Under the pieces are notes generated by a model. It searched no databases. It worked only from the letters and a program-made list of their open reading frames with translations, and was not told the origin of the DNA. 64,000 nt of DNA from a virus, in the IMG/VR virus record IMGVR_UViG_3300044922_000409, positions 1 through 64,000 of that record. The stretch is one strand, 5' to 3'. Both the position numbers and the translations under genes were made by a program. Shown here one piece after another: positions 37,048-49,900 of the stretch. The number at the start of each line of letters is the position of its first letter. Positions within the stretch are counted from its first letter, which is position 1.

Positions 37048-37478
37048 TGAGTTTATCAATGTATGATAGGATTACATTACCGGCATTTGCTAATAAACCG
37101 GAACTAGTAAAACCAAAAACTTATAAAGGATTTAGTACAGTTAATACACAATCAGAACAATACAGCTTGTATGATTTTGAATTAATTAAACAAGATATAC
37201 AAAATCATTTTCATGTTAGACAAGGTGAACGATTAATGCAACCGAATTTTGGCACTATTATTTGGGATCTGTTGTTTGAACCATTAACTAATGAAATAAA
37301 AGACATGATTTTGCGAGATATTAACAATATCATTAATTATGACCCTCGAGTACAAATTGGTGATGCAATAGTAACAACTTATGAAAGTGGGATACAAATT
37401 GAATTCTCGTTAACTTTTACTCCATATAACGTTACTGAAAAAATAAAAATGCGATTTGATCAACAACAAGGCCTGTAG
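37047..37478 (+). CDS. gp25: Baseplate wedge subunit, gp25-like
   Basis: GERLMQPNFGTIIWDLLFEPL...INYDPRV. Confidence 0.92.
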   Translation: MSLSMYDRITLPAFANKPELVKPKTYKGFSTVNTQSEQYSLYDFELIKQDIQNHFHVRQGERLMQPNFGTIIWDLLFEPLTNEIKDMILRDINNIINYDPRVQIGDAIVTTYESGIQIEFSLTFTPYNVTEKIKMRFDQQQGL

Positions 37479-37484
37479 CATAAT

Positions 37485-37515
37485 AAACTATACGGTTTAT
37501 GTTAATTAATAAATA
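37485..37515 (+). promoter_or_regulatory. Late promoter AATAAATA with an upstream ACGGTTTAT element
   Basis: AAACTATACGGTTTATGTTAATTAATAAATA, directly before gp6. Confidence 0.7.
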
Positions 37516-37537
37516 TCATTATTAGGATAACATCATC

Positions 37538-40500
37538 ATGAGTGCAACTGACAGACAAAATAGATTATTAGTAGCTGAAGATTGGAAAAAAATATATCAA
37601 TCATTCAGAAGTGCAGATTTTCAAAGTTATGATTTTGAAAATTTACGACGTACAATGGTTGATTATATTCGCCAAAACTATCCAGAAGATTTCAATGATT
37701 ACATCGAAAGTTCAGAATATCTAGCATTATTAGATGTGATTGCATTTTTAGGACAAAGTGTAGCATTTCGTGTAGATTTAAATGCACGAGAAAACTTTTT
37801 AGAATTAGCCGAACGTCGTGACAGTATTTTACGATTATCGCAGTTAGTAAGTTACAATGCAAAACGAAATATTCCAGCACACGGATTATTAAAATTCACA
37901 TCAGTTAATACAACACAAGACATATATGACAGTAACGGCAACAGTTTATCAGGCCAAACTGTTACATGGAATGATTCGTCAAATCCAATTTGGTATGATC
38001 AATTTATTAAAGTAATAAATGCAGCACTACCAGGAACCCAACGATTTGGTAATCCGGTAGATTCTTCCATTATATATAATATACCTACTGAGCAGTACAC
38101 ATTCCAAAGTGCAACTGCCGATGTTCCGATTTATGCATTTTCTAAAACAGTTGCCGGTCGATCGATGAATTTTGAAGTTACTAGTACTACATTTGCTGGA
38201 CAAGATTATATATATGAAGAAGCACCTAAACTTAAAAATAGGTTGTCGTGTGTATATCGAAATGACGGACACGGATACGGCAGTGCAGGTTCGGGCTTCT
38301 TTTTCAACTTTACACAAGGTACTATAGGACATTCACAATTTACAGTTGACCAACCTCGAAGTAACGATCTAATTAATATTGCATCAACTGGTATTAATAA
38401 TACCGATGTGTGGTTATATCGATTAGATAAAAATGGAGACGAAACTGAGACATGGACGCAGGTACCAAGTCTTAAAGGTAACAACATTATCTATAATAGT
38501 GTTAATAAAAATATTAAAAATATTTTTGGTGTAACAACTCGTGCAAACGACGCAATTACTTTAAACTTTAGTGATGGTACTTTTGGTAATATGCCATACG
38601 GCACATTTAAAGTATATTATCGATTAAGCAACGGTTTGTCATATACTGTTAATTCAAAGGATATACGAAATGTATCAATTACTATTCCATACATGTCAAA
38701 TATGGGACAACAAGAGTCATTAACCATTTCGTTAGCATTATCAACAACGATTACTAATGCCGAATCTAGTGAAACAAATGCTAGTATTAAAGCAAATGCA
38801 CCTGCGTCATATTACACACAAAACCGAATGATTACAGGCGAAGATTATAATATTTGTCCGTTAAGTGTAAGTCAACAAGTATTAAAAGTTAAAGCAGTTA
38901 ATCGTTCATCAAGTGGGATTAGCAGATATTTTGATTTAGTTGATCCAACTGGCAAATATAGTTCTACAAATTTGTTTGCAGATGACGGTGTTATATATAA
39001 AGATAATTATGAATCATACACTAAATTTTCATATATTAATAAAACAGATATCGAAGGTGTGATATACAATGTAGTAAATAACATCTTAACTAAATCTGAA
39101 CTACGTAATTTTTATTATTCAAAATATACCGATTTTGCAAAATTAGGTAGTAATTTGCAAGTTGGATGGAGAGCAGTAACGTCTGACGTAGTGTCATCTA
39201 CTGGATACATTTATGATTTACAGGCCACTGGTGAAGTTTACAAAGTTGGTCCACAATATACAGTTTCTGATTTAAAATATGTTACCTTAGGATCACTAAT
39301 AAAATTTGTTGCGCCTACCGGTTATTATTTTAATCTTGATAATCAAAATAAACTTGAAGAAGCTATTAGTGTAAATTATGCACCTAATACATCATTATAC
39401 ATTTGGGCTGCAGTTGTTGCTATAGTTAATGACGGCCGAGCTAACGGTATTGGCGTATTATCATCCGGAGCAGGCCCGATTACATTAAATGTTAATATTG
39501 CCGATGGTGCAATCATAAGCCAAATTATACCTAAATGTCGAACAACATTAGATTTAAATGTAATTAACACTATGATTGATTTAATTTTTGAAAATAAATC
39601 TTTTGGATTAAGTTATAATGCAGCACAACAGGTATGGCAACTTGTATTTGAATCAAACATAGATTCGACTAGTCAATTTAGTTTAATTAATCAAGGTAGT
39701 ATTACTAATACACAGAAAGATGCTAGTTGGATGTTGCTATTTACTACCGATAATGAATATTATACAATTACTAGTAGAGAAACTCGTTATATTTTTGAGA
39801 GTGACAGTCAAATTAGGTTTTATTTTGATAGCAGTGAAAAGGTATATGACAGTAGAACAAATTCAGTAGTTCGTGATAAAATCAAGGTGTTAAGTATTAA
39901 CAAACAAATATCATCGTATAATTCATATACTACTGATTTTGTTTGGGATGTTGTTTCTGAATACATTGGGTTAGATGGGTATGTTGATAATAAGAAGATA
40001 GTAGTGTCGTTTGCAGATTCTGATGATAATGGCATTGCAGATGATCCTGAATTATTCACAAATCTTGTGTTATATCAACAATATATATTGCAAGAAAAAT
40101 ATCAAATTTCATTAGGGCAAGAAGATTATCGATATGTTGCAAATAACAGTAAAGTTTGGATAATTCCAGAACTTACAACAATTGGAGATGTAGGATTGTA
40201 TTATTATATACCGGGATCAAATACCGTAACTCAAGCATCGTCTACTGGTGTATTAGAACCTACATTGGATTACAAGGTGTATGAAGGTCGCGCGAATTTA
40301 AAATTTCAATATATTCATAACGCAAATTATGAATCAAGAATAGATCCAGGTGTGAGCAATATTATTGACGTGCATGTATTAACTAAAGGTTATGATACTG
40401 CGTTTAGACAATGGATTAACGGTGCAGCTATTTCTAAACCATTACCGCCGAGTGCAGATGAATTATACAATACACTCAGTCCGTCATTAAATTTAATTAA

Positions 40501-40975
40501 ATCTATCTCAGATGAAATAATTTATCATGCAGTTAACTATAAAATATTGTTCGGTGCAACTGCTGATCCGGAATTGCAAGCAGTATTTAAAATTACAAAA
40601 ACTCCAGGACAGATAATATCTGATAACGATATTAAATCGCAAGTAATAGTTGCAATTAATACTTTCTTTAATTTAGACAACTGGGATTTTGGAGATACAT
40701 TTTTCTTCACAGAGCTAGCAACATTTGTAATGAATCAACTAGCACCAAAAATTTCAAATTTTGTAATTGTACCTCGAAGACAAGGTTTAAATTTTGGTAG
40801 TTTATTCGAAGTTAAGTCATTAAGTAACCAACTTCTTATAAATGGAGCAACGGTTGATGATATTGAACTTATATCCGGAATCACTGCAACTAATATTAAA
40901 ACATCAAATGTAATGTCTCTTGATAGTACAATAAATCGTCAATCTATAACTAGTTCTACATATGGGAATATCTAA
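37538..40975 (+). CDS. gp6: Baseplate wedge protein, gp6-like
   Basis: Motifs DFQSYDFENLR, FNDYIESSE, ENFLELAERRDSILRL, FSDGTFGNMP and IKANAP..YYTQNRMITGEDY. Confidence 0.9.
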   Translation: MSATDRQNRLLVAEDWKKIYQSFRSADFQSYDFENLRRTMVDYIRQNYPEDFNDYIESSEYLALLDVIAFLGQSVAFRVDLNARENFLELAERRDSILRLSQLVSYNAKRNIPAHGLLKFTSVNTTQDIYDSNGNSLSGQTVTWNDSSNPIWYDQFIKVINAALPGTQRFGNPVDSSIIYNIPTEQYTFQSATADVPIYAFSKTVAGRSMNFEVTSTTFAGQDYIYEEAPKLKNRLSCVYRNDGHGYGSAGSGFFFNFTQGTIGHSQFTVDQPRSNDLINIASTGINNTDVWLYRLDKNGDETETWTQVPSLKGNNIIYNSVNKNIKNIFGVTTRANDAITLNFSDGTFGNMPYGTFKVYYRLSNGLSYTVNSKDIRNVSITIPYMSNMGQQESLTISLALSTTITNAESSETNASIKANAPASYYTQNRMITGEDYNICPLSVSQQVLKVKAVNRSSSGISRYFDLVDPTGKYSSTNLFADDGVIYKDNYESYTKFSYINKTDIEGVIYNVVNNILTKSELRNFYYSKYTDFAKLGSNLQVGWRAVTSDVVSSTGYIYDLQATGEVYKVGPQYTVSDLKYVTLGSLIKFVAPTGYYFNLDNQNKLEEAISVNYAPNTSLYIWAAVVAIVNDGRANGIGVLSSGAGPITLNVNIADGAIISQIIPKCRTTLDLNVINTMIDLIFENKSFGLSYNAAQQVWQLVFESNIDSTSQFSLINQGSITNTQKDASWMLLFTTDNEYYTITSRETRYIFESDSQIRFYFDSSEKVYDSRTNSVVRDKIKVLSINKQISSYNSYTTDFVWDVVSEYIGLDGYVDNKKIVVSFADSDDNGIADDPELFTNLVLYQQYILQEKYQISLGQEDYRYVANNSKVWIIPELTTIGDVGLYYYIPGSNTVTQASSTGVLEPTLDYKVYEGRANLKFQYIHNANYESRIDPGVSNIIDVHVLTKGYDTAFRQWINGAAISKPLPPSADELYNTLSPSLNLIKSISDEIIYHAVNYKILFGATADPELQAVFKITKTPGQIISDNDIKSQVIVAINTFFNLDNWDFGDTFFFTELATFVMNQLAPKISNFVIVPRRQGLNFGSLFEVKSLSNQLLINGATVDDIELISGITATNIKTSNVMSLDSTINRQSITSSTYGNI

Positions 40976-43900
40976 TGGTTAACAAAAAAATAACTTTACC
41001 TAGAAGTACAGCAACCGATACAAGCAACAGTGATAATACTGCAAATTTTTTACCTAGTTATTACCGAACAGACACTAATAAAAAATTCTTACATGCAACA
41101 ATTAATCAGTTAACCCAGCCGGGTACTGTAAAAAAAGTTAACGGGTATATTGGTCGATTAAATGCTAAAGCATCCTCATCGGCTGATATTTTTATAAATG
41201 CGCCTACTCAGGTTAGGCAAAATTATCAATTAGAACCTGGGTTAGTAATAACTGATAATATAGATAATACTGTATATCTAAAAGATTATCAAGATTATAT
41301 TAATCAGTTGCGTGTTAACGGCGCAAATGTATTTGATCATTCTAGATTAAATAATCAAGAATTTTACAGTTGGGATCCACATATCGATTGGGATAAATTT
41401 GTTAATTTTCAAGATTACTATTGGTTACCAAACGGTCCTAATACTATTAGTATTAGTCATGCTGCTACGACTGACCAAAGTGTATTTACAGTAACGATTG
41501 ATACGGCTGGTCTTGATTCTGCATATGTGTTTACACCTAATGGATTTAATAGAAATCCAACAATTACATTATATAGAGGAAAAACTTATGAATTTAACAT
41601 TCATAGTACTGACAACGTGTTTAGTTTTAAAACTATTCGAACTGAAGGTACACTAAACCGATACATAACACCTACATTAGATAACAATTCAATTACTTCG
41701 GGTAAAATTATATTTACCGTACCGTATAATGCACCGGATGTGTTATTTTATGTAAGCGAATCTAATATTGATCTTGGTGGCACAATTAGTATTTTAGATA
41801 TTAACACTAGCGGATTCATTGATGTTGCTACTGAAATTATAGGCAAACAATCATTCCAAATGCCAAATGGTAAATTATTAAGTAATGGTATGTGTTTATT
41901 GTTTACTGGTGAAGTAACACCGGCATTATATGCAACCGGAAAATTTTATGTTGAAGGTGTTGGCACTGCTATTAAATTAATTCCAGAGCGTGATTTAGAA
42001 ATAATTGCACCATATACTACCTCCGAAATGATTTTATTTGATGCAACCCCGTTTGATACAACACCATTTAGTGATGCTACTACATTTGCAGGAAATCCAG
42101 ATTATATTGTAATTAACAGAAGCAGTACTGACAAAAATCAGTGGAGCCGATATAATAAATGGTTTCATAAAAGTGTAATTGAAACTAGTGCTGCAATTAA
42201 TGGAATAACTGCAACTGTTGATCAGTCTATGCGTGCAGTTAGACCTATTATTGAGTTTGATGCTAATTTAAAATTATTTAATTTTGGAACAACTGCAATT
42301 ACTGATATCTCAATTATTGATCGGTATACAACTGATGCATTTTCAACAATTGAAGGATCACTTGGTCACACCGTTGACAACATCCCATTACAACATGGAC
42401 AAAGAATTATATTTACTGCTGATACTGATCAATTAGTAGCAAACAACGTGTATCGTGTTGAATTTATTGATGTGAAACATACAACTGACGGATTCGGAGT
42501 TTCTAATAGTCGACAAATTCGACTTGTATTAGAATTAAAACCATCTGAAAATCAAGTTGTATTAGTGCAACAAGGCACAATATCACAAGGTACTATGTTT
42601 TGGTATAATGGTAATACGTGGATTAGTGCGCAACAAAAAACTAAACTAAACCAACCACCATTATTTGATGTAGTTGATAGTAATGCAATAAGTTTTGGTA
42701 ACGGTGCTGTATATCCAGGTACTACATTTAAAGGTACTTCTGTATTTTCGTACAAAGTTGGTACCGGAATAGCAGACAGCAAATTAGGGTTTCCTCTATC
42801 GTATAAAAATATTAATAACATTGGTGACATAAATTTTAATTTTACATTATTAACTGATATGTTTCAATATGATCAATCAAGTAACACTATTACAAAAACA
42901 ACAGATGTAGGATATTTAATTAAAACTGTTAACGGACACGTGAATTATGTTAACGGCTGGCAAACAAGTTCTGTATCAAATGTGCAACCAGCGGTTCGCA
43001 TTTACAGAAATTCAGAGATGACAAATAATTTTGATATAGATATTTTTGATACGTTACCTGCATTAATAGACATTAGTGTTCGCGTTTATATAAATGGCAT
43101 GCGATCACCAGCTAGTAATTGGGTTATTAAAACTACGGCAACTAGCGTTACAGTTGGCCAAGTGCCGTTGACACAATATCAAATTGTGTTTAACACACCT
43201 GTGTTGTTAACTGATTGCGTAACTATAAAAGTGTATTCGCGTACTCCTATTAACACAAATGGGTTTTATGAAATTCCGATTAATTTACAACATAATCCAC
43301 TAAATGGTGTACTGACTGAGTTTACACTAGGCGAAGTAATTGATCACGTTGATAGCATTATTGATAACATTTATACAGGTACATCATTTGTTGGTATATT
43401 CCCGGGTCTTAGTAATTTGAGAGATTTAGGAAATGTAACACAATTTGGTACAAAATTTGTTCAGCATAGTGGACCACTTAGTTTGCCAATGTATCATTTA
43501 ACATCGGCTAACAATGTAATTAATGCGATTGAAAAATCAAGAGACGACTATTGCAAGTTTAAACGTGCATTTATGGTGTTAGCTGAAACATTAGGAGTAG
43601 ATACCCATCCTATTAATCATGTAAATTTAATTTTGCGTACACTAAATGCAGATGTTCCAGCAACTGCTCCTTACTACTTTAGTGACATGGTACCATATGG
43701 AGCGTATTCGAAAATTGATGTTACTGTTCGTGACCCTGAATCTAATATTTTCTCATTATCTAAAGTGTTTAGTTTATCAGAATTGTCAACTTCGGCAGTT
43801 CTTATATATGTAAATGACCGGCAGTTATTGCACGGTAAAGATTATACGTTTAGCAATCAAGGATTTGTAATTGTTACTGCACTATTAAACGTTGCTGATG

Positions 43901-46900
43901 TAGTATCAGTGTATGAATATAGCACTACTGACGGATGTTTGATACCAGAAACACCTACTAAGTTAGGTATCTGGCCAAAATATGAACCAAAAATATTCTT
44001 AGATACTACATTATTAACTCCTTCAAGAATGATACAAGGACATGACGGTAGTTTAATATTAGCATATAACGACTATAGAGATGATTTGATTTTAGAATTA
44101 GAAAAGAGAATTTATAATAACATTAAAATTAAATATGATCCTACTATTTTTGATATATGTGATATGATTCCTAGTTATGCTCGAACTACTGATTATAGCT
44201 TAGACGAATTTAATTTAGTGTTATCTGCAAACTATTATCAATGGTCAACACATGTTAAAAAAGATTTTTCAATACCTTCATTACCTGGAACTAGAAATAA
44301 TCCTTTTACATTTAATTATAGCAGCAATTTTGCTCCAGATGGTCGACCAACACCTGGATTTTGGAGAGGTATTTATCAATGGGTGTATGATACTGATCGT
44401 CCACACTTATGCCCGTGGGAGATGCTAGGAATTAGCGAAGAACCAATTTGGTGGAGTACAGTATACGGATTGGCACCGTACACTAGTGATAATTTAGTGA
44501 TGTGGAATGATATTAGTAACGGATTGGTAAAAGAGCCAGATCAACCAATTGTTAAGAAAACTAAATTTGTTAAATCTTTTTTGATGAATTATTTGCCCGT
44601 TGACAGCAATGGTCGATTAGTTAGTCCATTAACAAATAATATTGCTAGCGGAACATCATCAAGTGATGTTCAATTATCCTTTAAGTTTGGTGATGTATCG
44701 CCAACTGAAGCTGCTTGGAGACGTCATTCACATTATCCATTTAGCGTATTAAAAACACTATTATTATTAAAACCTGCAATGACAATGGGATTAACACTAG
44801 ATAGAAACCGAATTGTTCGAAATTTAACAGATCAATTAATATATTTAGATACTGGTGTACGTATTAGACTGGCTGATATTAAATTGCCGAGTGTGTATTT
44901 AAGTAGCACCCGGGTACAAACTGCAGGTCTTATAAATTATTTGGTAAATTATATTGATTGTAATGAATTGTCGTTATACAATGAATATAAAAATAATTTA
45001 TCAAAAGTAACTGCGCAGTTATGTTATCGTGTTGGTGCATTTACTAGTAAAGAAAAGTTTAATTTATTATTAGAATCAAAATCACCGTCGTCAGTTGGCA
45101 ATATTTTTATACCACCAGAAGATTATAAAGTAATAATGAATACGTCATCTCCGATTGCATCATTAGTATATAGCGGTGTTACTATTACTAAAGTAGAAGG
45201 TGGATTCGAAGTTACCGGATATAGCAAAACCCAACCGTATTTTACATACTATGCTAGTTATTATAGCGGTTCAACTATTACAGTTGGCGGTATTTCTGCA
45301 GTATATTCCGTATGGACACCGTACCATTATTATGTAGTTGGATTTGTAGTTAAGTATAACAATTCATATTGGCAAACTAAAATTTCACATAATTCAACTG
45401 AATATTTTTCAATAGATCATTTCACACTGTTACCATCTATTCCGATTGTTGGTGGTTCTAAGGTTGAATTTAGAACACGTTGGGAGTCTACTGAAATAAT
45501 TGTACCATATGGTACTAAATTTTCGTCAATACAAGAAGTAACAGATTTTTTATTAGGTTATGGAAAATGGTTAACAGATCAAGGATTTGTATTTGATGAC
45601 TATAACGATCAGTTAGGGTCAGTATCCAATTGGGAAACTAGTGCTAAAGAATTTATTTTTTGGACTGCAAACAATTGGGGAGTATCTCAACAGTTATGGG
45701 ATGATTGGGTACCGGATATGTTAATTACCTTTGATACAATTGTTCGATATACCGGAGATTATTATCGTGCAATTAGAACAATGCAAGAACCAGTATTTAA
45801 TGAGACTGATTATGAATTAATAAACGGTCTTAGTTCTAATGGAAATTCAGTCATAACACTAAGTCCGGCTGCAACTAAACTGCAATTTAAAACTATTTTA
45901 AGTGTAGTAGACGATATTACTAATCCGGATTATGTGTATGAGATGTTTAATGCGCAAGGTAGTCCAATTCATTCTAATCTAGTAAATTCATATAGGTCAG
46001 GTAACATAGTAAGTTATTCCACTACTGATATTAACGCATACATTTATTGTGCTAGTTTTTACTTAGTGCAAAAAGAACATGTTATTGTGATGAATAATGC
46101 AACTATGTTTAATGATGTAGTTTATAATCCAGAAAGTGGATATAAACAAGACAAAATTAAAGTGTCCGGATATGTTAGCATTGAGTGGAATGGCTCATTA
46201 AATGTTCCGGGATTTATCGTAGACAGTGCAATCATACATGAATGGGAAATATGGAAAGATTATTCAGTAGGTGATATTGTTAAACACCAAACATTTTATT
46301 ATAGTGCAAGTAAATTTTTGTCAGGTACACAAAAATTTAATGATTTAGACTGGATTAAGTTAACAGAAAAACCAACTGCAAAATTATTGCCAAACTGGAA
46401 TTATAAAGCAACTCAATTTACTGATTTCTACAGTTTAGATAGTGACAATTTTGATGCAGCTCAACAAAAAATGGCTCAGCATCTTATTGGATACCAAAAA
46501 AGACAGTACCTAGAAAATATTATTCAAGATGACACTAGTGAATTTAAATTTTATCAAGGTATGATAATTGAAAAAGGTACAACAAATGTTCTTAACAAAC
46601 TTTTTGATGTTTTGAGTCTCGATGGTCAAGAAAGTATGGAGTTTTATGAAGAATGGGCAATTAGAACCGGACAATACGGCGCAAGTTCAGCATATAATAC
46701 TGTTGAATTTATATTAGACGAGGCATTAATAAGAACTAATCCGCAAGGAGTTGAATTAGTTACGACTACACAACAACTTGATGATCGTATTATTCGACAA
46801 ATTCCGTCTGATGTGTATGTAAAACCATTAGGATATACTCCGTATATTTGGCCTGCATTATCGTCAACGTCATCTATATTACGATCAAGCGGCCATGTTA

Positions 46901-49900
46901 GAGCTGATGAAGTAACAGTTACCATTCGATCACCTGAAGAGTTAACGACCCTTGATCCATCAGTATTACCTATTAACTCGTATGTGTTATGTACCTTTGA
47001 AAATGCAAGTTGGAATGTGTACCAAATTATATCATCTAAGTTATCACTTATTGCAATAACAATGATAGATGATACCACTGTAGAAATAACAGTTAATTCT
47101 TACATTAATTTTGATGTTGATTCATATGTTGGTATTAAACACAACTCGTTTAATTCATTTTATAAAGTAGTAAGTATCGGAACAAACAATTTTAGAATTA
47201 ACATAGCTGGATTAAAGATTCCGACTAATGTTAAAACTATTTCACTTGTTACTGCAAAATCTCGTCGTGTAAGTTCAATTGATAATATGAATTATACGTT
47301 AGCAGATTTAGGAACATCATCATTATTATGGGCAGATAACACATTAGCTAATGATCAGACATGGGCAACTTGGAAACATCAATCTGTTTATACAAGAAAT
47401 ACGGTGTTTAATCAACAGTTAATTGATAATTTAAAATTTGGAAAAAGCGTTGCATCAACTGCAGACGGTAACTTAGCAGCAATCACAACTGCGCTTGGCG
47501 AGGTTATGATCTACGATAGGTTAGGTAGTTCTAAACCATGGACTCTCCGCCAAGTAATTAATAAACCGTTTATATCATCAGTTACTCCTATTGCAGACAC
47601 AATTGCAACTGTTGTTGCTATATCTAAAGATGGTAAATGGCTAGCAACTGGATCACCAACTGCTAGTTTTGCAACGGTGTCGATGCCAATGACTGGTTTA
47701 AATGTAACTGATATTAACGGTTTAAATACCGAGTATCCTGGGCAAGGTGTTGTGTCAATATACGAAAACACCAATAACATGTTTACATTAGTTAACACAG
47801 TTACGAGCCCAATGCCACAGTCGCATGAAAATTTTGGATTAACTTTAGAATTTAGTATCGGTGCATCGCAATCATTGTTTGTAGGAACATCTCGTAGTTA
47901 TAGTACAGTTTATCGATTGCAGTATATAGAAACAATCCGTGCAGGTACATTGTATAATCCAAATGGCAGTACTTCAACTTCTATTCAAGTTTCGACAACT
48001 GTTGATATTGTACCTGGCATGCGTATTAGAGGTACAAATATTGATAACATTGTAACCGATGTTATTGATGATACAACTATCGTTCTTAATACGCCGTTGT
48101 CTGCAGATCCTGATGGTAATTTAATATTTTCTACATTAGAATGGAACTATTGTAATGAAGTATATTATAACGATCAGCCTGGTAGCAACTATGGTAAATT
48201 AATTAGGGTGTCAGCCGATGGCGCCATTTTAGTAATTTCTGCACCATATGGGTATGGGGTGTTTAGTTCCGGTCAGGTATACATATATGAATACGATATT
48301 ATGTTAAATTCTTACATACTGTTAACGACGTTGTCATCAACTAGTTCAAATTCACATAGTATTATGATGGAACAGTATGGTCAAAGTATTACGGTATCAA
48401 ATAACGGTGAATACATAGCAGTATCAACACAAATGAACACGTACACAGTTAACAGTAACTTACAGTGGGTACAGATGGCATCAATCGGAATAGTGTATAT
48501 TTATGAACGTAACGGAAGTGACTATAACTTGTATTATGAACCGATTGCTGCATCAGATATTACTAGCGGCTTTGGTACAGACATTCAATTCACAAATGAT
48601 TATTCAACACTTGTAATTTATAGTCAAAATACAGATAACACACACCGAATGTCTATTGATGCTGGCACAACTACATTTGATGCAGCAGAATTAGATACGA
48701 TTAATACTACTACTATTACATATACACTTACTGAGTTTGGCGGCATTGACGTCTATGATCGGTATGGACTGAGTTGGGTTATTAGTGAACGATTAACTAC
48801 TTTATCATTATCTGAAGATGGATACGGAACATCTATTGTTGCAACACCGGACAGTATACTAGTTAGTTCACCGTTTGCAGAAACTAGAGTTTCACAGTAC
48901 ATTAATTTGCAAACTGGCATCGTATACGATTATGTTAAACCGACCAACCAGTACAGTTGGACAATAAATCACTATCCTGTTGCCAAACCCGATGTAAAGA
49001 AAATTAAACAAGCATTTTTATATAATAGATCAACTAACAAATTAATAAAGCATTTAGATCTAGTTGATTCGTTACAAGGTAAAAATTCAAGTATTGCTGA
49101 TCAGGAAATTAAATTTAAATCGTTTTACGATCCAGCAGTATACAGTTCGCAAGTAGACAATCCAACATGGGTTAATGACGGTCTTGTAAATATAGATGAT
49201 GGAATAGCATGGACTACAAATCAAGTAGGTGCATTATGGTGGGATTTAAGAACAGCTAAATTTATTGATAGTTATACGGATGATGTAGTTTATAGAAACA
49301 GTACATGTAGTACACTTGCATTTGGTGCATCGATTGACATATATGAATGGGTTGAAACAGATCTATTACCGTCGGAGTGGGATGCAGAGGCAGACACTGA
49401 AGCAGGATTAGCAATTGGTATAAGTGGAAAGTCGTTATATGGTGATAATGCATTTAGTTACTGTCAACGATATAATAAGTTAACTCAACGTCTTATAAAC
49501 ACTTATTATTTTTGGGTTAAGAATAAAATAACAATACCGTCAATTCCGGGAAGAAATTTGTCAGCAAATACGGTATCTAATTTAATTGCAAACCCGCGAG
49601 GCGCAGGGTACGAGTATTTGGCATTAACTGGATTAAATTCGTTTAGTTTAGTAAATGTAAAATCACTATTACATCATACTGATGCGGTATTATCAGTTGA
49701 GTTTTGGAATGGCAATACTGTTGATCAAAATATTCATTCACAGTGGAAACTTATTAGCACTTCTCCTAGAACAACTATACCTGCAAATATAGAACAAAAA
49801 TGGTTTGATAGTTTGTGTGGGAAAGATTTAGGAAATCGAGTAGTGCCTGATCAATCGCTGCCAGTTAAATTGCAATATGGAATTGAAAATCGCCCACGCC